Shown in pieces: positions 48,717 through 55,346 of a stretch of DNA of 64,000 nucleotides. This DNA comes from an uncultured Rickettsiales bacterium (GTDB lineage Bacteria; Pseudomonadota; Alphaproteobacteria; Rickettsiales; UBA1997). Position 1 is the stretch's first letter. Each line of letters opens with the position of its first letter. Location: the NCBI GenBank assembly GCA_934747265.1, contig CAKVGI010000005.1, positions 7,921-71,920 on the forward strand, written 5' to 3'. Position numbers and translations under genes: made by a program. Below the pieces are notes generated by a model, which saw nothing but the letters and a program-made list of their open reading frames with translations, was not told the origin of the DNA and did not search any database.

Positions 48717-49385
48717 ATGCAAAAATTACAAAAACCACAGGCTGTAATATTTGATTGGGATAATACGTTAGCTTTAAACAGAGATGTAGTTGTCGGAGCT
48801 ATGAACAAAACTCTTGCAAAGTATGGTAAAGATGATTGGGAAACAATTAAGAAAGAAAAAAGAGACAAAAATAAATCTCTACAAGAAAATTTTGTAAATT
48901 TTTTTGGCGCAGAATTAGAAAAACAGGCATATGAGGACTATTTGAATTTTTATAATGAATTTAATAGTTTACTGAAAGCACCAGATAATGCAAAAGACAT
49001 GCTAAAATTATTGACAGATAATGAAATAAAAGTAATAATTGTAAGCAATAAGGAAAGGTCTTTGCTGTTGGATGAAATTAATGTTTTGTATAGTGATATA
49101 GATTTTTTTAAAATAATAGCAAATGGCGATAGTAAAAAAAATAAACCTGATGCTTCGCCTGTATTTAAAAGTCTTGAAAATACGGATATTAAAATAAATC
49201 CTAAAAATGTATGGATTATTGGCGATTCAAATCAGGATATAGATTGCGGTTATAATGCTGGTATACAACCAATATTGTATGGAAAGGGCAAACTTGTGGA
49301 AGCTGAATATTTTAAAGAAAAAATGAAAGCAATTCCACCAATGCAACAAATAATGGATTTTAAAGAAATTATTGAGATTTTTTAA
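48717..49385 (+). CDS. HAD-superfamily hydrolase (phosphoglycolate phosphatase-like)
   Basis: It has motif I VIFDWDNTL, motif II IVSNK, and motif IV IGDSNQDIDCG. The start is taken at ATG 48717. Confidence 0.8.
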   Translation: MQKLQKPQAVIFDWDNTLALNRDVVVGAMNKTLAKYGKDDWETIKKEKRDKNKSLQENFVNFFGAELEKQAYEDYLNFYNEFNSLLKAPDNAKDMLKLLTDNEIKVIIVSNKERSLLLDEINVLYSDIDFFKIIANGDSKKNKPDASPVFKSLENTDIKINPKNVWIIGDSNQDIDCGYNAGIQPILYGKGKLVEAEYFKEKMKAIPPMQQIMDFKEIIEIF

Positions 49386-49454
49386 AAATAGGTTTGGTTT
49401 CTTTATCTTAAAAAGGGTATAAGATTAATGTATTATATTAAACCTCCATCCTAT

Positions 49455-49820
49455 TCCAAGCTACCTCCACACCATTTATTAACATCTTTGATGATAATAT
49501 CGTAATCTATATCTGCACCAATATGCGTAAGTATTACCCTTTTTAATTGTATCTATTTAATATAAAGTTCTTTGTATGTTTTAGATGTATTACAGTCTAT
49601 ATTTTAAATCATATTCTAAGTTGTTGAATTTTAAACACTTTCCGGTGAAATCCGTATGGTTTCACAAATAGAAGCAAGATTAAAAGAAGCTGAAAAACTT
49701 GGTTTCACAAAAGCCATCGTCCCAGAGGGGATATTTAATATAAAACAATTCAAGCCAGAAAAGTATAAGATAAAAATTTATCCTGTGAAACATATAAGGG
49801 ATGTGGCGAGGTTTATGAAT
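49455..49820. repeat. Island direct repeat, copy 2 (366 bp)
   Basis: It differs from copy 1 at only four positions, each G or C in copy 1 and A or T in copy 2. Its radA fragment ends ...VARFMNNG*. Confidence 0.9.
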
Positions 49821-49852
49821 AATGGCTAGCTATTATAAAAATTAATAAATTT

Positions 49853-49929
49853 TGGTGGAGTTGATTGGATTTGAACCAATATCTTCTATTAAAATAATAG
49901 ATGTTTTTGCCAATTATAACTACAACCCC
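49853..49929 (-). tRNA. tRNA-like gene with canonical acceptor, D and T arms and CCA, but a non-canonical anticodon loop (UAUUUUA; nominal anticodon UUU, Lys?)
   Basis: Manual fold: GGGGTTG-TA-GTTA-TAATTGGCAA-AAAC-A-TCTAT-TATTTTA-ATAGA-AGAT-ATTGG-TTCAAAT-CCAAT-CAACTCC-A-CCA. Position 33 is A and position 37 is U. Confidence 0.6.
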
Positions 49930-50765
49930 ATTATATCTCTTTTTGGAAAAATTATTGCAAGTGGATCTGTTTCAAATTTATATCCAGAATAAACTTGTGC
50001 CCTTTCTAACATTGTCGGTGTATAAACCATTATTGAGTTTGGCATATTATATCTTATAAATGTGCCAACAATATTTTCACTTGAAGCAATAATTTTTGAA
50101 CGGTTAATTATTTTTTCTTCATCCCAGCCAAATCTCTCATAAAATTTTTCACCTCTTTCAACTATTCTATTAAGTATTACATTAGATACTGGAAGAGGAT
50201 TAATTTCTATACCTTTATATCCAATTATATCAAGCAATTCTGGAAATTTTTCACTTAATAAAGAAAACTCAATATTTTTAGGAATATATTTTTTAAAATT
50301 CTCAATATTAATTTTTAAATCATCAATTTTGTTTATACTTTTATCTGCTTGTTCTAATGCTAAATCAAAAAATATTGCGGATGTTTTAACAATATTAAAT
50401 CCTAATTCTTTTGTTTTGTTAGAAATGTAGTTTAACATTTTTAAACCATATTTAGTAGTCTCACCAACATCATCAGTTCTAAAACCATATGCACCATCAC
50501 CTTTTAAATATGAAGGACAAAATAAAGCATAAATTTCTATATTATCATTGTTCATTAAAATATTACAAATACTTTTACTTACTTGCTTTGGTCTCCATCC
50601 AACTATTTCTATATTTTGTAAAAATATAAACCATTTTAATATATTTTCATTAAAATTAGTAATTTCTGCTATGTTTTTTAAATCGTCAAACTTTTCTTTT
50701 GATAATCTTTTATTATTTAAAAATATATTTAATCTTTGATTTAAATTATTTATCATAATTATCAA
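49920..50765 (-). CDS. Hypothetical protein (281 aa), third gene of the FolE-like/CYTH operon
   Basis: It is a long intact ORF that overlaps the CYTH gene stop by 20 nt. Its last 10 nt overlap the tRNA 5' end. No motif is recognised (it contains ...ALFCPSYLKGDGAYGFRTDDVGETT...). Confidence 0.6.
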   Translation of the reverse strand: MIIMINNLNQRLNIFLNNKRLSKEKFDDLKNIAEITNFNENILKWFIFLQNIEIVGWRPKQVSKSICNILMNNDNIEIYALFCPSYLKGDGAYGFRTDDVGETTKYGLKMLNYISNKTKELGFNIVKTSAIFFDLALEQADKSINKIDDLKINIENFKKYIPKNIEFSLLSEKFPELLDIIGYKGIEINPLPVSNVILNRIVERGEKFYERFGWDEEKIINRSKIIASSENIVGTFIRYNMPNSIMVYTPTMLERAQVYSGYKFETDPLAIIFPKRDIMGL

Positions 50766-51318
50766 ACCTCATTTGTCCTTTAAATGGTAGATTATGTTCT
50801 TTTCTCCATTCTTGAAATAGTGTATCAGCTGGTTTATCAAGTGCCTTATTAAAATCCAATTTTAAAGTACTTGCAACTTCTTCAATATTTTTTTGTTCTC
50901 CTTCTATTTCAATAAAATTAGCAAAAGGATATTCATCAAGTGTAATATGAGTATCGTTCATTTTCCATTCAGTTCTATACCTTTCATAACTTGTAGTAAT
51001 ATGAAATTCCATTGCATTTAATATTTTTTCTATTTGCTCCTCTTTATCATTAAAATTAATTTCATATTCTATCTCTCTTTTTGCACCGTTTACACTTTCC
51101 AACGGTTTTTTATAAGTTAATACTTTCCTACCGTCATCGCCTAAATATCTTAATCTAACTCTACCGTTTGTTTTTTGCATTAATTCATCTTTGTTATCAT
51201 ACATTATATTAGATTGATATTCTCTATCATAGCTCTTTTTTGCTATTCTATTTAATGTATCTATTATATTTTCTTTATCATCTATTTTAAATTTATATTC
51301 TATTTCTATATTTGACAT
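50746..51318 (-). CDS. CYTH-domain protein (triphosphate tunnel metalloenzyme / class IV adenylate cyclase family)
   Basis: The N-terminal EIEYKFKI is the ExExK signature. The size (190 aa) and charged beta-strand pattern (RVRLRY, REIEYEI, FIEIEGE) fit the family. Confidence 0.75.
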   Translation of the reverse strand: MSNIEIEYKFKIDDKENIIDTLNRIAKKSYDREYQSNIMYDNKDELMQKTNGRVRLRYLGDDGRKVLTYKKPLESVNGAKREIEYEINFNDKEEQIEKILNAMEFHITTSYERYRTEWKMNDTHITLDEYPFANFIEIEGEQKNIEEVASTLKLDFNKALDKPADTLFQEWRKEHNLPFKGQMRFDNYDK

Positions 51319-51319
51319 T

Positions 51320-51919
51320 TTAAATCCTATTTGTATTTATTAATTCAAAAAATCTGTCTCTCATTTCTTTATTCTCTTGAAAAATACCTGTCATAGCTAT
51401 TGTTTTATTATTTGTATTACTATGGACACCCCTTATTTTCATGCAAAGATGTATTCCAGAAACGAGAATTGCAACACCTTTACAATCAAAGTTTTTTGTA
51501 AAAATGTCAACTACTTTTTGAGTAAAATCTTCCTGATTTGCTGGATTTTTTGCAATATCGTTCAGTATTCTTATTATTTTTGAAAAGCCAATTTGTTTAT
51601 TTTCTTTTGGTATATATGCAAAAGAAATAATATATATAATAGGTATTAAATGATGTGAGCATAAAGAATAAATCTCTATTAATGGTTGAAATAGAATTCC
51701 ATCATATGATTTTTCCGATCCTATATGTTTTGGAAAATTAATCTTAAAATGTTCTTTCAACATATCATTACCCTGTCTTGTAAACTCCGTAAATTCAATA
51801 AAAAAATCTGTTATCCTTTTAGGAGTTTTTTTATAATTGTCATCATTTAAATTTAACCCTAATTTGCTTAAAATACTTGAAAAGCTATTTTCTATTTCTT
51901 GTCTTATATTATCATTCAT
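51320..51919 (-). CDS. GTP cyclohydrolase I (FolE/tunnel-fold) family protein, variant active site
   Basis: KKTPKRITDFF, SLCSHHLIPI (canonical CEHH, with Glu replaced by Ser), IGFSKIIRI, and SGIHLCMKIRGV are present. The Zn ligands Cys/His/Cys appear retained. Confidence 0.7.
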   Translation of the reverse strand: MNDNIRQEIENSFSSILSKLGLNLNDDNYKKTPKRITDFFIEFTEFTRQGNDMLKEHFKINFPKHIGSEKSYDGILFQPLIEIYSLCSHHLIPIIYIISFAYIPKENKQIGFSKIIRILNDIAKNPANQEDFTQKVVDIFTKNFDCKGVAILVSGIHLCMKIRGVHSNTNNKTIAMTGIFQENKEMRDRFFELINTNRI

Positions 51920-52020
51920 AAAAACATGCCATAAATTCCGCTAAATATAAATTATTATACATTTTTAATTGTCAAGCAATTTATTTACCAATAGTATATA
52001 AACAAAAAATAAACAATACC

Positions 52021-52307
52021 ATGAATAAATTTCAAGAATATTTGGCAAATAATATAAAATTAACTAGAAAACAAAAAAAATAACTCAAATGCAGTTGGCT
52101 GATTTATGTAAGACTTCAACAAATTATATAGGACTAATGGAAACAGCAAAAAGATTTCCATCCGTTGATATGCTGGAAAAAATCTCAAATGCCTTAGAAT
52201 TAAAACCACAAGAACTATTTGCTGAGCCCATAGGAAATTTAAATAGCACAAATAAAAAAGATAGAATTTTAGCTAAAATCGTTAATGTATTGAATGAAGA
52301 AATGTAG
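52021..52307 (+). pseudogene. XRE-family HTH regulator split by a 1-nt deficit in an A8 tract (52073-52080)
   Basis: The ATG 52021 frame stops at 52081. Adding one A gives one product: MNKFQEYLANNIKLTRKQKKITQMQLADLCKTSTNYIGLMETAKRFPSVDMLEKISNALELKPQELF... . The tracked ORF 52089-52307 lacks the first helix. Confidence 0.7.
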
Positions 52308-52388
52308 TTAATTAAATATGGGCTATATTTTTATTTTTTATTCTATATTCTAAATTATAAAAAGAAATATTTATCAAATTATCTCTAT

Positions 52389-52566
52389 TCCAAGCAACCT
52401 CCATACCATTTATTAACATCTTTGATGATAATATCGTAATCTATATCTGCACCAATATGCGTAAGTATTACCCTTTTTAATTGTATCTATTTAATATAAA
52501 GTTCTTTGTATGTTTTAGATGTATTACAGTCTATATTTTAAATCATATTCTAAGTTGTTGCATTTT
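52389..52566. repeat. Island direct repeat, copy 3 (left ~178 bp only; no radA fragment)
   Basis: It matches copies 1 and 2 from CCAAGC..ACCATTTATTAAC to ...CTAAGTTGTTG, then diverges. Confidence 0.85.
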
Positions 52567-52681
52567 AGGATTAATATTATAAAAATAATACAAATAATTT
52601 TAATTTATAAATAAAAAATATTGGCGTTTAATATTTTATTTTTATTTAATATAATATTAAATATTAACAATTATAACAATA

Positions 52682-52983
52682 ATGGCAATAAGATTAGAAA
52701 TAAATTATTCCCCTAAACAAGAAAAAATTACTTTTGTTAATAAGGAATTAAAAAGAAAAGAAAATTCTAAATGTTTATTTTTGTGTGGTGATTTTGGAAA
52801 TAATACATATATACAGATATAAGAAAAAAATATATAGAAAAGGAAACGCCATGCAGTATTTGTCAGAATAAAAAATTTTGTGGTGTATGTAATGCTACTT
52901 ATATTAAAGAGTACAATAGTAATAGAGAAAATCTATTAAAAAAATGTAATCGTACAAATGTTATTAAAAATTTAATTAAATAA
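52682..52983 (+). pseudogene. Possible remnant of a radical SAM/SPASM-type maturase (two short frames)
   Basis: A 46-codon ORF (…NSKCLFLCGDF…) is followed, in another frame and without a start codon, by ...TPCSICQNKKFCGVCNATY...KKCNRT. That CX2CX5CX2C cluster resembles a SPASM C-terminus. This call is speculative. Confidence 0.25.
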
Positions 52984-52985
52984 AC

Positions 52986-53885
52986 ATGTTTGAAAATATT
53001 AATTATAGAGATTATGGAGATTTAATAATTATATTACCATTAGGCGATGAAAGTTTTTTAATAGAGGGTATTGATACAGAAATTTTTAGACTGTTAATTC
53101 AAAAAAAAGAGATAAATTACATTTACAAAGAACTAAAAGAAAAATATAAAAAAATAAATAAAAAATATATAAAAAATTTTATTTCAATATTAATTGATAA
53201 CATTTATACAGATACAAATGCAAAAAGAATATTTTATAATTCTTGCGGAATAACAGATATAAATAACCCTTTTAAACCAGAAATTTCAAACTTTGCAGTT
53301 GAAAGATTTAAAAAAGAATTTAGAAAATTCATTAGTAATGGCGATAAAATTTTAGATTTAGGATGTAATGCTGGAAGATTTAGTTTTTATTTAGAGGAAA
53401 ATTTTCAAGCTAATGTTATTGGAATAGATATTTCGGAAACAGCAATAGAATACGCAAATAAAATAGTCAATTTAAAAAATAGCAAATGTAAATTTTTTGT
53501 AGCTGATTATACAAAGTTAAATTTTAAAAATAAATTTAATGTAGTAATTTTTCCAAATAATATAGTAGAATGTTCTTATAATAATTTTGAACAGGTTTGT
53601 AAAGGAGTAAAAAAATCATTAAAAATTGGTGGAAAATTTATTTTGTCTTGTCCATTAACAAAAGATTATAAAAATTATTTAAATATTAATGGAAAGTCAA
53701 TAAAAAAAGTAGATATACCAAATTTTGGTGAATTAACTTATTATTCATATTTTTATAATCCAGGATTTATAAATTTTATTTTATCAAAACATTTTAAAAT
53801 AATATATTTTAAAATTTTAAAATATACAGACAGATATGGAAAAAATGTACAAAATTTATTTTTTGTAGCAGAAAAATTAATATAA
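52986..53885 (+). CDS. Class I SAM-dependent methyltransferase with a PqqD/RRE-like N-terminal domain
   Basis: Motif I is KILDLGCNAGRFSFYL and the post-I region is VIGIDISETAIEYA. The N-terminal ~75 aa (DESFLIEGIDTEIFRLLIQKKEINYIYKELKEKY...FISILIDNIY) resembles PqqD-like peptide-binding domains. Confidence 0.65.
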   Translation: MFENINYRDYGDLIIILPLGDESFLIEGIDTEIFRLLIQKKEINYIYKELKEKYKKINKKYIKNFISILIDNIYTDTNAKRIFYNSCGITDINNPFKPEISNFAVERFKKEFRKFISNGDKILDLGCNAGRFSFYLEENFQANVIGIDISETAIEYANKIVNLKNSKCKFFVADYTKLNFKNKFNVVIFPNNIVECSYNNFEQVCKGVKKSLKIGGKFILSCPLTKDYKNYLNINGKSIKKVDIPNFGELTYYSYFYNPGFINFILSKHFKIIYFKILKYTDRYGKNVQNLFFVAEKLI

Positions 53886-53897
53886 TTAATATTTATT

Positions 53898-54065
53898 ATA
53901 ATCAACAAACCTCATCTATCCTTTAAACGGCAAGTTGCGTTCCTTTCTCCACTCTTGAAATAATGTATCAGCAGGTTTATCAAGCGCATTATTAAAACTA
54001 AGATTTAGAATTTTGGCTACTTCCTCTATGTTCTTTTGCTCGCCTTCAATTTCAATAATTGAACA
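53898..54065 (-). pseudogene. 3'-terminal fragment of a second CYTH gene (last ~56 codons, one in-frame TAG)
   Basis: The minus-strand translation is IIEIEGEQKNIEEVAKILNLSFNNALDKPADTLFQEWRKERNLPFKG*MRFVDYN. The intact gene has FIEIEGEQKNIEEVASTLKLDFNKALDKPADTLFQEWRKEHNLPFKGQMRFDNYDK. Homology stops abruptly near 54060. Confidence 0.85.
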
Positions 54066-54090
54066 AATTATTATTAAAAAAGGAGAAATT

Positions 54091-55251
54091 ATGAAAATTG
54101 AACCAAAAGAAATATTAATTAAAGATTTAATTGATGGATATAATGATAGCGGTGAGGGTGGAGTTGTTGGCTATGGTGGTATATTAGATATAAGACCGCC
54201 ATATCAGAGAGAATTTGTTTATAAGGATAAGCAAAGGGAAGATGTTATTAATAGTATTATGAAAGGCTTTCCATTAAATAGTATTTATTGGGTAAAAAAT
54301 GGCGAAAGATACGAGGTATTAGATGGACAGCAAAGAATTTTAAGTATTTGTCAATATGCAAATAATGAGTTTAGTTTTAAACATCAAAATTTTGATGGAT
54401 TACCAAAAGATATACAAGAAAAAATATTAAACTATAAATTAAATGTTTATATTTGTGAAGGAAATGATAGTGAAAAATTGGAATGGTTTAAAATTATAAA
54501 CATAGCTGGAGAAAAATTAACAGATCAAGAGTTAAGAAATGCGGTCTATACTGGTTCTTGGTTAAGTAATTCTAAAACAATTTTTAGTAAGACAAATTGC
54601 GCTGCTTATTGTTTGGCAAAAGATTATGTAAACGGTAGCCCAATAAGGCAAGAATTTTTAGAGAGAGTATTAAAGTGGATAAGTCAAAATATTGAAGTAG
54701 AAATTAAAGATAAGGAAAAAAGCTTAACTGAAAATAAAATAGAAGCTTATATGGGAAGGCACCAAAAAGATAGGGATGCAAATGAATTGTGGCAATATTT
54801 TCAAGATGTTTTTGCTTGGGTTAAAAAAATATTTCCCGTATATAGAAAAGAAATGAAGGGATTAGAATGGGGCTATTTATATAATATTTACAAAGATAAT
54901 AGCTATAATTCAAATGATTTAGAAGAAAAAATTTCACAATACATGGAAGATGAAGATGTTGAAAATAAAAAAGGCATTTATGAATATCTATTAAGTGGTA
55001 ATGAAAAATATTTGAATTTAAGAGCTTTTACAGATAAGCAAAAAAGGGAATATTTTGAAAGTCATAAAGTAAATGGAAGTGGTGATAAGACTAATAAATA
55101 TGTTTGTAAATGTGTAAAATGCGGAAAGGAAATAGAACTACATGAATGTGAAGCGGATCATATTATACCGTGGAGCAAAGGCGGGAAAACTGATAAGGAT
55201 AACTTGCAATTTTTGTGTAAAAGATGTAATGGAGAAAAGAGTAATAAATAA
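54091..55251 (+). CDS. DUF262 (ParB-like/GmrSD N-terminal) + HNH nuclease fusion; candidate type IV (modification-dependent) restriction enzyme
   Basis: RPPYQREFVY and LDGQQRILSI are DUF262 signatures. The C-terminal HNH region is CGKEIELHECEADHIIPWSKGGKTDKDNLQFLCKRCNGEKSNK. An RBS (AAAGGAG) precedes ATG 54091. Confidence 0.8.
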   Translation: MKIEPKEILIKDLIDGYNDSGEGGVVGYGGILDIRPPYQREFVYKDKQREDVINSIMKGFPLNSIYWVKNGERYEVLDGQQRILSICQYANNEFSFKHQNFDGLPKDIQEKILNYKLNVYICEGNDSEKLEWFKIINIAGEKLTDQELRNAVYTGSWLSNSKTIFSKTNCAAYCLAKDYVNGSPIRQEFLERVLKWISQNIEVEIKDKEKSLTENKIEAYMGRHQKDRDANELWQYFQDVFAWVKKIFPVYRKEMKGLEWGYLYNIYKDNSYNSNDLEEKISQYMEDEDVENKKGIYEYLLSGNEKYLNLRAFTDKQKREYFESHKVNGSGDKTNKYVCKCVKCGKEIELHECEADHIIPWSKGGKTDKDNLQFLCKRCNGEKSNK

Positions 55252-55311
55252 TATTAATTAATTTTCTTAAAACGATGGTTTTTAATATTTTAATTTAATG
55301 ATTTTGAAAAT

Positions 55312-55340
55312 AAAAGTGTTAGAAAATCCTAACACTTTTT
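55312..55340. terminator. Bidirectional intrinsic terminator between the HNH gene and typA
   Basis: AAAAGTGTTAG-aaaatc-CTAACACTTTT, with T and A runs on both sides. Confidence 0.75.
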
Positions 55341-55346
55341 TAAAAC

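Larger units (their letters stand above)
46000..55300. other. Accessory, mosaic island between rpsA and typA (no integrase detected)
   Basis: It holds three near-identical direct repeats, gene fragments, two disrupted genes (one in-frame stop, one frameshift), a tRNA and nuclease genes. Core genes flank both sides. Confidence 0.7.

Noticed and set aside
54013-54090. The upstream extension of the DUF262-HNH ORF (tracked start 54013, MATSSMFFCSPSISIIEQ...)
   Set aside because: These codions are the antisense reading of the CYTH gene fragment. A strong RBS (AAAGGAG) precedes the internal ATG at 54091, where DUF262 homology begins.
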